49,743 bases of DNA from Macrostomum lignano (taxonomy: Eukaryota), in NCBI GenBank assembly GCA_002269645.1, contig NIVC01002028.1, forward strand, positions 1 through 49,743, in the 5' to 3' direction. The position numbers and the translations under genes were made by a program. Shown in pieces: positions 1 to 11,964 of this stretch; the stretch's first letter is position 1; each line of letters begins with the position of its first letter. The notes under the pieces were generated by a model. It did no database searches, had not been told where the DNA came from, and was given only the letters and a program-made list of their open reading frames with translations.

Positions 1-1470
1 TGATACATTCAGATGGACAGAATGATACATTCAGATGGACAGAATGACACATTCAGATGGACAGAATGATACATTCAGATGGACAGAATGATACATTCAG
101 ATGGACAGAATGACACATTCAGAATGGACAGAATGACACATTCAGATGGTCAGAATGATACATTCAGATGGTCAGAATGACACATTCAGATGGACAGAAT
201 CACACATTCAGATTGACAGAATGACACATTCAGATTGACACATTCAGATGGACAGAATCACACATTCAGATTGACAGAATGACACATTCAGATTGACACA
301 TTCAGATGGACAGAATGATACATTCAGATGGACAGAATGACACATTCAGATGGACAGACTGACACATTCAGATGGTCAGATTAATACATTCAGATTGACA
401 CATTCAGATTGACAGAATGACACATTCAGATTGACACATTCAGATGGACAGAATGATACATTCAGATTGACAGAATGATACATTCAGATGGACAGAATGA
501 CACATTCAGATGGACAGACTGACACATTCAGATGGTCAGAATGATACATTTCAGATGGACACATTCAGATTGACAGAATGACACTTCAGATTGACACATT
601 CAGATTGACAGAATGACACATTCAGATTGACAGCATGACACATTCAGATTGACAGCATGACACATTCACTTGTTCAGATTGACACATTCAGATTGACAGC
701 ATGACACATTCAGAACAGAATGACACATTACTTGTCACAAATGACACATTAGGGAAGACAGAATGACACATTAGGAAGACAGAATGACACATTAGGGAAG
801 ACAGAATGACACATTAGGGAAGACATAATGACACATTAGGGAAGACAGAATGACACATTAGGGAAGACAGAATGACACATTAGGGAAGACAGAATGACAC
901 ATTAGGGAAGACAGAATGACACATTAGGGAAGACAGAATGACACATTAGGGAAGACAGAATGACACATTAGGGAAGACAGAATGACACATTAGGGAAGAC
1001 AGAATGACACGGGAAGACAGAATGACACATTAGGGAAGACAGAATGACACAGGGAAGACATAATGACACATTAGGGAAGACAGAATGACACAGGGAAGAC
1101 AGAATGACACAGGGAAGACAGAATGACACATTAGGGAAGACATAATGACACATTAGGGAAGACAGAATGACACATTAGGGAAGACATAATGACACATTAG
1201 GGAAGACAGAATGACACATTAGGGAAGACAGAATGACACAGGGAAGACAGAATGACACATTAGGGAAGACATAATGACACATTAGGGAAGACAGAATGAC
1301 ACATTAGGGAAGACAGAATGACACAGGGAAGACAGAATGACACATTAGGGAAGACAGAATGACACAGGGAAGACAGAATGACACATTAGGGAAGACAGAA
1401 TGACACATTAGGGAAGACAGAATGACACATTAGGGAAGACAGAATGACACAGGGAAGACAGAATGACACA
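1..1470. repeat. ~22-bp minisatellite with two sub-arrays (TGACACATTCAGATGGACAGAA, then TGACACATTAGGGAAGACAGAA from ~740)
   Basis: Directly visible tandem units; the array runs off the left edge of the window. Confidence 0.97.
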
Positions 1471-1482
1471 CAAAAAACTCAC

Positions 1483-1538
1483 CAGTTTCTACAATCCACC
1501 CAAGGCCGCAGCAGAGCACCAAAATATTTCCCCACAGC
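1483..1538 (-). other. Possible internal coding exon (56 nt) of a minus-strand gene
   Basis: Minus strand reads ctttcaag|GCTGTGG...GAAACTG|gtgagt. One open frame gives LWGNILVLCCGLGWIVET. No homology recognised, and the phase does not join directly to the exon at 5156-5234. Confidence 0.3.
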
Positions 1539-2024
1539 CTTGAAAGTGTCATTAATTTAGTGACTGAACGTCTTAGGCCTCAAAGGTCTCCGAACGCCTA
1601 AAGCATGCCAAATACATGTATTATATACCGAATGCTTCCATCAGAGAGTTGTTGCGCTTCATATTGATTTTTTTCGGCAGCCAATCAGAGATGCTTTAAC
1701 AAGGCCCTATTGGGATCATGTGGGATTGCCGCATGAAATTGCTGCCACCAGTGCGAAGCGGCCGGGATAATTCAGGGGGGGGGATTTCATAGTTCCCAAC
1801 GCGACAAGAGGCTGCTATTGCTGACCCTCAGGACAAAAGTTTTCGCATGCGGTCTTGCTAGATAAAACTGCTCAGTAATTGCAATATTTGCAGATTTCGC
1901 GACCACGGTTTATCTCAAAGCTTATCTGTATTGCTTTGTAACTACATCTGATATTTTATCCTATAATGACTTTCGAAGATTTTTACATGACTTTCCACGG
2001 CTTTCTATATTTCTATGCCTCTAT

Positions 2025-2260
2025 GACTTTCTGTGTCTTTCTATGACTTTCTATGACTTTCTATGACTTTCTATGACTTTCTATGACTTTCTATGACTTT
2101 CTATGACTTTCTATGACTTTCTATGACTTTCTATGACTTTCTATGACTTTCTATGACTTTCTATGACTTTCTATGACTTTCTATGACTTTCTATGACTTT
2201 CTATGACTTTCTATGACTTTCTATTACTTTCTATGACTTTCTATGACTTTCTATAACTTT
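2025..2260. repeat. 10-bp tandem repeat (CTATGACTTT)n
   Basis: About 20 near-perfect units visible. Confidence 0.97.
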
Positions 2261-2488
2261 TTATGGCCTTCTGCGGCTTTCTCTTACATTTTATATAAGA
2301 CGTCTTAGATCATTGTATGAATTTCTATGATTTATATGCCATTGTCGTAGCCGTGTCGTTCGCTGCCACTTTGTTGTAAGTCTCACCTTTCTAGATATTA
2401 GTAGTTATTGTAAATATTTTTCACTAGTAATGCTAAGAACAACGAAAAAAGATGAGTTTATTATGTGGTTGATTGCTGATTTTAGAAT

Positions 2489-2802
2489 CAGGTGTTGGCA
2501 AGCTCCGGCCTGCAGGCCTAATTCGGCCCGCGAAGCTTCTCTATCCGGCCTTCGGGTCCTTTGAAACTTCTCTCCTCTCCCTCTCCTCTCCCTCTCTCCT
2601 CTCCCTCTCTCCTCTCCCTCTCTCCTCTCCCTCTCTCCTCTCCCTCTCTCCTCTCCCTCTCTCCTCTCCCTCTCTCCTCTCCCTCTCTCCTCTCTTCTCT
2701 CTCCTTTCTCCTTTCCTCCACTCTTTTCTTTCTCTCTCTCTCTCTCCTCTCTCATCCCTCTCCTCTCTTCTCTCTCTTCTCTCTCCTCTCTCATCCCCTC
2801 TC

Positions 2803-2833
<31 letters not shown>

Positions 2834-3016
2834 TCTCTCTCTCTCTCTCTCTCCCTCTCCTCTCCTCTCCTCTCCTCTCCTCCTCTCTTTTCTTCCATCT
2901 CTTCTCTAATCTCATCTCAAATCTCATCTCAAATTTTCTCTCTCCTTTATTCCATCTCCTTTCCTCCATCAGCTAGCCTTTCTTCTTCCCTTGACATAAA
3001 ATTTTGCCAACTCCAT
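2489..3016 (+). mobile_element. hAT-Charlie (MER58-like) MITE with CT-rich interior
   Basis: The left end CAGGTGTTGGCAAGCTCCGGCCTGCAGGCCTAATTCGGCCCGCG resembles the Charlie/MER58 terminus CAGGGGTCGGCAAAC..CGGCCCGCGGGCC. The right end TTGCCAACTCCAT (3004-3016) is an imperfect inverted copy. A related reverse copy lies at ~43200-43560. No clean TSD. Confidence 0.55.
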
Positions 3017-3744
3017 CTCTAAATTTTCAGCTGCACCTTCGCTTTTTGTTTTTTTTTTGTTAATCTCAGAAGTTACTCGTAAATATGCATATCACTAATA
3101 TTTAATATTCAAATCACCGTTTAACTCTACTAACAGTACGAAAACTAGAACATTATTTTCGTTGTTCTTTTCTAAATCGAACTTCCATTTTTTGTACGGA
3201 AAATGCACAAGAAAATTTATTATAGGAAACAAACACTTTATAAACAGCAGAGAGTAAGCTTCTTTTTCAAACTTAACGATAATTGACTTGCAAATTGGCT
3301 GCTTCATCAGGATTGTTCACTACCATACCTATGAACGCATAATACAGCAATTTGCACTCATTCACGAGAGAAGTTGCTCAAGCGTTCACAGCGCCTCTGT
3401 AAGAGAAATAGTTAGGGACGAGTAACAGAAAACGGGCTAGGAAAAATGCAATCATTTCTCACGCCCGACCGCGCGCGCTGCCTGCGGGAGGATCTGGGAG
3501 CTGCCGCGGCGCGCTTCTTGATCCCCGGGACCGACCGCATTAGGAGCTCATAAAAATCTGACGCAAGTGACTGATTAAAGCATGCTCCAGGGGCTGTGTG
3601 CATGGCCTAAAAGCTGTCTCAGTGGGATTTGACTGAAGGCGAAATACATTCGCGATTTCATTTGAAAATGATGCTTTTGGACCACTTTAGTTTATTGCTG
3701 ACTGTTATCTGCAGTGAGCAATGATATCGGGATTGAGACAGACA

Positions 3745-3775
3745 GTCAGAAAGACAGACAGGCAGGCAGACACTA

Positions 3776-3808
<33 letters not shown>

Positions 3809-5135
3809 CTAAGACATGCAGACACTAAGACAGGCAGACACTAGGACAGGCAGACACTAAGACAGGCAGACACTAAGACAGGCAGACACTAAGACAGACA
3901 GACACTAAGACAGGAAGACAAGAAGGCAGACAGACACTAAGACAGGCAGACACTAAGACGGGCAGACACTAAGACAGACAGACACTAAGACAGGAAGACA
4001 AGAAGGCAGACAGACACTAAGACAGACAGACACTAAGACAGGAAGACAAGAAGGCAGGCAGACACTAAGACAGGCAGACACTAAGACAGGAAGACACTAA
4101 GACATGCAGACACTAAGACAGACAGACACTAAGACAGGCAGACACTAAGACAGGAAGACACTAAGACATGCAGACACTAAGACAGGCAGACACTAAGACA
4201 GGCAGACACTAAGATAGGCAGACACTAAGGCAGACAGACACTAAGACAGGCAGACACTAAGACAGGAAGACACTAAGACATGCAGACACTAAGACAGGCA
4301 GACACTAAGACAGGCAGACACTAAGACAGGAAGACACTAAGACATGCAGACACTAAGACAGGCAGACACTAAGACAGGAAGACACTAAGACAGGCAGACA
4401 CTAAGACAGGCAGACACTAAGGCAGACAGACACTAAGGCAGACAGACACTAAGACAGGCAGACACTAAGACAGGAAGACAAGAAGGCAGGCAGACACTAA
4501 GACAGGCAGACACTAAGACAGGAAGACACTAAGACATGCAGACACTAAGACAGACAGACACTAAGACAGGCAGACACTAAGACAGGAAGACACTAAGACA
4601 TGCAGACACTAAGACAGGCAGACACTAAGACAGGCAGACACTAAGATAGGCAGACACTAAGGCAGACAGACACTAAGACAGGCAGACACTAAGACAGGCA
4701 GACACTAAGACAGGAAGACACTAAGACATGCAGACACTAAGACAGGCAGACACTAAGACAGGCAGACACTAAGACAGGAAGACACTAAGACATGCAGACA
4801 CTAAGACAGGCAGACACTAAGGCAGACAGACACTAAGACAGGCAGACACTAAGACAGGAAGACACTAAGACATGCAGACACTAAGACAGGCAGACACTAA
4901 GACAGGAAGACACTAAGACAGGAAGACACTAAGACATGCAGACACTAAGACAGGCAGACACTAAGACAGGCAGACACTAAGACAGGAAGACACTAAGGCA
5001 GACAGACACTAAGACAGGCAGACACTAAGACAGGAAGACACTAAGACATGCAGACACTAAGACAGGCAGACACTAAGACAGGCAGACACTAAGACAGGAA
5101 GACAAGAAGGCAGGCAGACACTAAGACAGACAGAC
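3745..5135. repeat. 16-bp minisatellite (AGACACTAAGACAGGC)n
   Basis: More than 80 tandem units, with variants (GGAA, ATGC). Confidence 0.97.
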
Positions 5136-5155
5136 ATATCAGAAGCACAGCTTAC

Positions 5156-5234
5156 CTCTGACGGCTCTCAGCTGGAGCAGCAGAATCGCCAGCAGCCGCA
5201 GCGCCCTCAAGAATGGAGATCTGTCTGTCCGCAT
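5156..5234 (-). CDS. Putative first coding exon with a signal peptide (gene continues leftward)
   Basis: ATG at 5234 gives MRTDRSPFLRALRLLAILLLQLRAVR(G), with a basic n-region and Leu-rich h-region, followed by a perfect donor G|GTAAG at 5155 (phase 1). Downstream exons not resolved. Confidence 0.45.
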
Positions 5235-6064
5235 TGACCAACAGCCGAGTTGGTGGCTCTCAGCGGCGAAATTTCCGTCAGGTTAGGCAGTGGGGGTGCA
5301 ATAAAACTGCTCCGCACTGCTCAAGACTCGAGGGGGGGGTTTCAGTCAAGCCAGGATTGGTCGAAACGGAACTGAGTACCGCGGTTTATGCGACCTTGGC
5401 TTCCAGCTGAGCGATCGAGTCTCTGGCTATGAAATGCATTATTGATTTTGTCAACCAATTCGCCCACTCAACCCCGCGATTCGGCCCTTTGTGCCCCTCA
5501 ACTTATCGCATTAGCATCTACAACTTTGCTGAGCTGGGTCTGGAGCTGCTGCTCAGGTTATTGCCTCGGGTAGTTCGAAAAAAATCCTCTCCCACACTCG
5601 CTTGAGCTCCTCTCCGACTCTCTCTTTTTCTCTTTCTCGATATGCACAAGCGAAAGTGCAATTGCTGCACCACAGTGCAATGGCGACTGCAGCTAATGTG
5701 CTTTCAAGGGAATCGACAGCCTTGCAAAGCATTGAAGTCGCGACTTACCGCTTTTATGTGGTTACATAATCAAATATATGTTTACCTCTTTTATTTTAAA
5801 ATGTCAAAAATATCAAGAAAAAAAATGTGTAAGAGCCGAGAATTTAGAGTAAGTTTACGAAGTATATTTTGATGCACGATAATTTACGAGCGATTAAATA
5901 GTAAATAGATCGATTAAAGTGACTCACCCAACTGGGGTGGTGGGCATGTACAGAGAAGAAAGCGAGATGCAAGTACATATACTAATAGAGCAGCCCCCAC
6001 CCCGACGGCCCAAACCAAACGCAACCCTACAAATGTTTTTGGCAGTGAGTAATATACTAAGTAT

Positions 6065-6280
6065 AACAAGTAAATATAACAGTAACGATAACAGTACCTA
6101 TAGCAGTAACTACAGCAGTGCCTATAGCAGTAACCATAGCAGTAACTATAACAGTAACTACAGCAGTAAGTATAGCAGTAACTACAGCGGTAACTATAGC
6201 AGTAACTACAGCAGTAACTATAGTAGTAACTATAACAGTTACTATAGCAGTAACTACAGCAGCAACAATAGCAGTAGCAG
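6065..6280. repeat. 12-bp degenerate repeat (AGTAACTAYAGC)n
   Basis: Visible tandem units; these explain the SSNY and TAVTIA pseudo-ORFs. Confidence 0.9.
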
Positions 6281-6432
6281 AAGAAAACAGAATAAAGCTA
6301 CTAATATAATTTGCACGCTTTGAAGAGTAAATTGAATTCTAAGCACAACGAATGCAAAGTGATTGGAGTATCTGCTTCCTAACGAACTATTTTGGCTCTG
6401 GGAACATCAAGTTTTTCAAGGTGCATTCGAGC

Positions 6433-8049
6433 TCAAACAGTCTTCAGCTGTCGGATTTCCTGCTGGGACAGTCCAGCTTTCAGCAGGTAGTTCTCGGCGC
6501 TGCGGTAAGTCTCCAGTATGTAGTCAACCAGCTGCAGCATGGTAGATCGCGACTCTTTGAGTCTGGCGCTGTGCTCAGACTCCGGGTAGTCACCCTGATA
6601 TCTGGCGAATTCGGTCTAAAGCAGACAAGGATGGGATTGATAGGCCAATTTTGCTTTTTGTTAATATTTTTTAACTCATAATTCAAGTTGATTTTGAAGT
6701 TGGTAACTCATAGTTGGTTTTTTGTTTCACGGTTTTATTGGAGCTGTCGATGTGAGTGCAGAAGAAGACGTAGCCTGCCCTAATGGCCAGATGTGCAACC
6801 GACAGCTCAGCCGCAGCCATCGCGCGGCGCATCTGAAGGCTGCGTACGGCTGTTCAGTCCAAGGACTGAGGGGGTCGCCCCCTTTCGCCCCCTAATCATA
6901 TAAGTTCACTCGGAAATTGTTCCGAGTGGGTCGGGAATCATGCCCATCATTCATCAGTTAATACTGTGTTCCAAGCTCCTCCAGCTACCTCCCAGCAGCA
7001 CCTCCCTGCTCCTCACCTCCGACGCGGCGTGCATGTCGGCCAGAATGCTGGGATCCTCGCCCAGAAGCAGCTGCATCAGACAGACGACCACGGCTGCCAC
7101 CTGCTGACCGTCCCGGCTGACCAACAGCGCCGGGTAGGCATCCCGTCTGGCCAACACCCGCATGGCTGCGGCCAGCGCGTCCGGGAAGCAGTCGAGCACT
7201 TCGCGTAGCAGCCGCAGTGTTGGCCGGCCGGCGCTGGCGGACAGCAGGTAGGCGCTGACATCCGGGACGCACAGCCGGCAGGGCCCGGCGTAGTCGGCCA
7301 GAAATCTCCGCAGCTGGAGCTGAGGCGAGCGAAGACAGTCCACCCGGTAGGCGATGGCGGAGACCAAGTCGTCGTCGGCACCCACCGGGCGCTCAATGAT
7401 GAAGCCGTCAGTCTCAGCTCCCGCGTCGGCCTCCGGCTGCCAGCGGAGGACGCAGAGATGGCTGAGGGCCAAAAATTTGGTGCTTTCAATTAAAATTGGA
7501 AGAGAATGACAGAAATATGAAGACAAGAACGTACATGTAACAATAACAGTTCTAGCAGCATAAAGCATTAAACCCAAAAGAACCGAGAAGACAACTCGAT
7601 GGCGAGTTCTGCAAGGTTCAAGTGGAAATGTATCTATATACACTTTTACGAAGGGAACACACCTCTACAACCGAAGCACACTTCTACAACAGAAATGCAC
7701 CTTCACAACGCGAATGCACACCTGTATGTAAAACCTACTTATATAGAGGCGCATCCGGTGGCTCTGTTCTCTCATGGTCGGACCTGAGATCGATGATTGA
7801 TCGCAGGCCAAGCGACATCAACTCGGCGGCCCCCTCGTCGTCCAGGTTGAACGGATCGCACGCCCGCAGGCAGATCTTGCCGCCAACAACTTGACAGACG
7901 CGCAAGTTCGGCAGTCCGTTTGGTCGTCGTTCTCGAAGCCGTTTCAAGCGTTCCAAGAGTAGCTGTTGATTGCGATCCGACTCGTCGCCAAACAGCTGCT
8001 GAGTGACGCCAGAGTCGGGTCGGTTTGGACCAGCTTCTCTGGAAGACAT
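6433..8049 (-). CDS. Tyrosine phosphatase family (Y_phosphatase3, IphP/MptpB-like) protein, catalytically dead; 3 exons, ~312 aa
   Basis: Exons 8049-7739 (phase 2, TATAA|gtagg), 7461-7017 (phase 0, GAG|gtgag) and 6615-6433 join in frame. Family motifs: GLPNLR, LGLRSIIDLRSDHE..PPD, and C-terminal MLQLVDYILETYRSAENYLLKAGLSQQEIRQLK. The P-loop reads LLVSRDGQQVA instead of LFHCxxGKDRTG. Confidence 0.8.
6774..6938 (-). mobile_element. CORE-SINE family A, internally deleted copy in intron 2 of the phosphatase-like gene
   Basis: Near-identical to the 3' part of the copies at 34119-34389, 37979-38273 and 38852-39181. It resumes with the post-B-box segment at 6915-6938. Confidence 0.85.
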
Positions 8050-10039
8050 GCAGTTTTGTTTCAATGAGGAGAAGTTTAGCTGGAACGATTCTGTGCTGGA
8101 TGACAGGGGATGCTAATTCTCTGCGACGGGACTTGCTTCAAGTCGTCTTTCGTTGACTTCTCTGCTCTAATTTGATCCTTTTTCTAAGCTTTCTGGAGGC
8201 AGCCCGTGTGTGCGCGCTTGATTCTGCTTTGAATAATGCCGTTTTTTAATTGGCAACACAGCAACTGAAACTCACTGAAGAGTAGGCAAAGCCAGGGTTG
8301 AGCCAGGAATTAAAACAAGACCGAGACTAGGAGAGATGTTGGCCCCTGTGAGTACAATCTGTTGCTTGGCGAGTGTCTTTGGACACTGGAAGCTGTGGAC
8401 GATGGCAAGAGAGCGAGAAAGAGAGAGCGAAAGGGGAGAGTGGGCGAGTTCTATGCGCTCATGGCACGCAGCACCAGCAGCAGCAATACACTGTTGTCAT
8501 TATACAATAGCTAGAGTACTTTTTGCTTACAGATGGGGTAAGAGAATGAAGGTGGCAGAGAGACAGTCCGAAGCAAGAAGCGTCCAGTTTGTGCTGCTGG
8601 GCTACCTGCACATTGAGCTGTCTGGTTGAATACAAGGCTAGCTATTGATAAGTAAACAAGCTATAGTAAAATCAAAGCTAAGTCAGGTTTACGCTCGCGT
8701 CAGAGATGAACGCATGGAGTTTCCTGGCGTTGGTAGTGGATTAAGGGGATATATTGGGAGATACTTTGAAGCCTTCCTGGCTGAGGATTAAACAGTACGT
8801 GGATGTAGCAGGAAGTAATTTGCTACGCTGTTTCACAGATCTAGGGGGATTGGACTAAATCCTATTCTGCCTTCTCTTATCTCACAGACAACGGGTTTAT
8901 AAGGGGAACTTTCTCCGGTGCAATCTTGATTGAGTGGGTGAGACGCTTTGCGGTGACTGTGAGTGGAGCTCCCGTGCTGGAATCTGCACGGATATGCTAC
9001 AACCAGGGGCTTAGGCGGACGAAATGAAGTGTGCCAAGAATTAGATCGGAGGAGAAGATATTGAAAAGAAGTTCATCAGCTCGCCTGAGGAGAGGGGGGG
9101 GGGTCAGACGTCTCCTGACTAGCGATTCGTATTCTTACAGTCGCAACCAAATTAGACCAGAAGTTGCTTCCGCTCAATTAGAGGCAGCAAGGGCTGCCCC
9201 ATGGCGCAAAAGGGGCGCGCGAGACCAAGAGCGACATGCAACTTAGCATTTTCCTTCCCGGATGTTAAAATGTTGAGCAGAAAGCTAACTTTGTCCTTTT
9301 AACTAAGTTTAAAAAACGAATGCAAAGCATACTACTTGAAAAGCTTCCCTAGTAGTAGAGTTGGGGAAATAGTCTTTGTCTCTAGTGGCAAAATGAAGCA
9401 CATGCACTTTTATTGCCTCAAGCCTCTATTGCGTGAGGTTGAGTTTGAGGTTGAAATTAGTAAATAAGCAACGCTCCCCATTCTTGTCTTGTCTCTCCAT
9501 CTTGCCTCGATTCTCTACTATGAATAATAATTAGCTGGCTAATGAACGACAAGCCAACGCTTGTTTTATTCATGCGTTCACTTGAATCATTAGTTTCAAT
9601 TCTCAACTTAGTCTTGTACAAGCGTCGTTACAAGGAGACGGCTTAACTGGCAGGGGGAGAAGCACCCGCCTGTTCGTATTGACAAATCTGCCAGGTGACT
9701 CGAAATGAAAGGTAACTCCTTTACTTGCTAGAACCAGAACGGCTCAAGAGTTGGCCTACTCGTGCTCCGCAGTTCAGGAGGCAGAGATTTGCAGATTAAT
9801 TGTTGGCATCAGATTCTCAGCACTCGTTGCAGACCAGAGATTCAGAGATTTCATAATTTACTGGGAAGTCTAAAAGCAAGTGAGTCCGGGAGCAAGCCTG
9901 AAGTCTCCAAAAAGCTCACTGTAGGATGGGCCAATGAGACGTTTGCTTGAAAAAACTCCTACCAACAGCAGACTTTAAATACTTGCAATTCCCCTCTCTT
10001 CCTTCTTCATCAGAAGGAAGCAGCGATCGCAGCTCTTTG

Positions 10040-10579
10040 ATGCATCCAGCCGGCGAATCTCTCGAGGGCACTTCGGTTCCGGCCACGGCCGATCCAGCGG
10101 CCAAGGTTGGTCCGGTCACCTTCGTGCCTCCGGTGTGGCTCGCCCACATCGCCATCGGGGTGGCGTTCATCGCCTTCCTCATCGCCTCGTTCGCTCGCTA
10201 TCGGATCCGGCGTCGACAGGGCCGGGCCGGGCGTCCTGGAGGAGGCGGCGGAGCCGGGGGCAGCGGCGGCGGCTCGGCGGCCGTGGCAGCGGCCTGGCCC
10301 TCCAGTTCAAGCGGCATGGGCAGCAAGGCGGGCGGCATCTCGCTGGCCATGCGTGGCTTCAACCGGCGCGGGCAGCAGCAGCAGCTGGACTCGCATCAGC
10401 AGCCGCAGCAAGGGTCGCAGCTTTCTCACTCTCAGCAGCAGGCGCGCCGAAATCAGCGCGGACGGTCAGGAGGGCAGCAGCGACTACAGGGAAGGGGCTT
10501 CGTGAACTCGGAGACTGGCGACGCAGGGCAATGCACCGCACAAACAGCTTCTGCGACATCCTATTTTTCTGCCTTCTGA
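10040..10579 (+). CDS. Uncharacterised single-pass (type III-like) membrane protein, ~179 aa
   Basis: ATG 10040 lies within ORF 9947-10579. The hydrophobic segment VWLAHIAIGVAFIAFLIASFA is followed by basic RYRIRRRQGR (positive-inside rule), then a Gly/Gln-rich tail. GC-rich coding-like composition. No family recognised. Confidence 0.65.
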   Translation: MHPAGESLEGTSVPATADPAAKVGPVTFVPPVWLAHIAIGVAFIAFLIASFARYRIRRRQGRAGRPGGGGGAGGSGGGSAAVAAAWPSSSSGMGSKAGGISLAMRGFNRRGQQQQLDSHQQPQQGSQLSHSQQQARRNQRGRSGGQQRLQGRGFVNSETGDAGQCTAQTASATSYFSAF

Positions 10580-10584
10580 ATCTT

Positions 10585-11480
10585 CTACAGTGTCTTTAGT
10601 ATCTAAAGTATCTACAGCGTCTACAGTGTCTACAGTGTCTACAGTGTCTTCTAGCGTCTAGCGCGTCTAGTCTACAGCGTCTACAGTGTCTACAGTGTCT
10701 ACAGTGTCTACAGTCTACATCTACAGTGTCTACTACAGTGTCTACAGTGTCTACAGTGTCTACAGTGTCTACAGTGTCTACAGTGTCTACAGTGTCTACA
10801 GTGTCTACAGTCTACAGTGTCTACAGTGTCTACAGTGTCTACAGTGTCTACAGTGTCTACAGTGTCTACAGTGTCTACAGTGTCTACAGTGTCTACAGTG
10901 TCTACAGTGTCTACAGTGTCTACAGTGTCTACAGTGTCTCAGTGTCTACAGTGTCTACAGTGTCTACAGTGTCTACAGTGTCTACAGTGTCTACAGTGTC
11001 TACAGTGTCTACAGTGTCTACAGTGTCTACAGTGTCTACAGTGTCTACAGTGTCTACAGTGTCTACAGTGTCTACAGTGTCTACAGTGTCTACAGTGTCT
11101 ACAGTGTCTACAGTGTCTACAGTGTCTACAGTGTCTACAGTGTCTACAGTGTCTACAGTGTCTACAGTGTCTACAGTGTCTACAGTGTCTACAGTGTCTA
11201 CAGTGTCTACAGTGTCTACAGTGTCTACAGTGTCTACAGTGTCTACAGTGTCTACAGTGTCTACAGTGTCTACAGTGTTTACAGTGTCTACAGTGTCTAC
11301 AGCGTCTACAGTGTCTACAGTGTCTACAGTGTCTACAGTGTCTACAGTGTCTACAGTGTCTACAGTGTCTACAGTGTCTACAGTGTCTACAGTGTCTACA
11401 GTGTCTACAGTGTCTACAGTGTCTACAGTGTCTACAGTGTTTGCAGTGTCTACAGTGTCTACAGTGTCTACAGTGTCTAC
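10585..11480. repeat. 9-bp tandem repeat (GTCTACAGT)n, ~99 copies
   Basis: Direct observation; begins just after the stop codon at 10579. Confidence 0.98.
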
Positions 11481-11964
11481 GGTTACAACATCTGATAGCG
11501 CCACCGGTAACTGACAGCTGAGTCTAAAGAAGTCATTGCCGAAGATAAATTCAATATTAATGAAGCAGACGGAAGTCTGAGAGATAGTTTTGCATGGGAA
11601 TCATTGAAGATAGCTGGCGAAATTTGTGAATTTTCACATAGGTTTAAGCTTCAAGCATACTTTATTACTTTCACAAGAAGGATGTATTCAGTAAGGCATG
11701 ACTCATACAGTAGGAATTCGTGGAGTTCCTATTGTACTCAAACAGCTGGCCCATTTCTGCTCTATGCATTCGGTATAATTTAAATATCATAGCGTCCGTT
11801 GGTGCACTGACTAATTCGCTTGAGTATAACTTATTTTCTATCTCATCTAACGTGCATTACAACGAAAAATAAAGTGATACTTATCTGCTCTTTCCCATAA
11901 ATTCATTTGCTCATAATGATACCTATGACTGCTATCTGAAGCCTTAGATTCAGCCCTACATTGT

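Noticed and set aside
2405-3022. Arg/Glu-rich and Leu/Ser-rich ORFs (also at 43189-43569)
   Set aside because: Translations of CT/GA low-complexity tracts.
3412-3603. Minus-strand ORF with acceptor and donor (AMHTAPG...RSG|gtgag) as exon 2 of the signal-peptide gene
   Set aside because: Its phase-0 acceptor is incompatible with the phase-1 donor at 5155, and the other frames hit stops.
5919-6323. SSNY-repeat ORF resembling a structural protein
   Set aside because: Derived from the 12-bp AGTAACTAYAGC repeat; no supporting gene structure.
10686-11521. Long ORFs (STVSTV, VYSVYS, QCLQCL, DTVDTV)
   Set aside because: These are translations of the 9-bp array; a unit length divisible by 3 keeps frames open.
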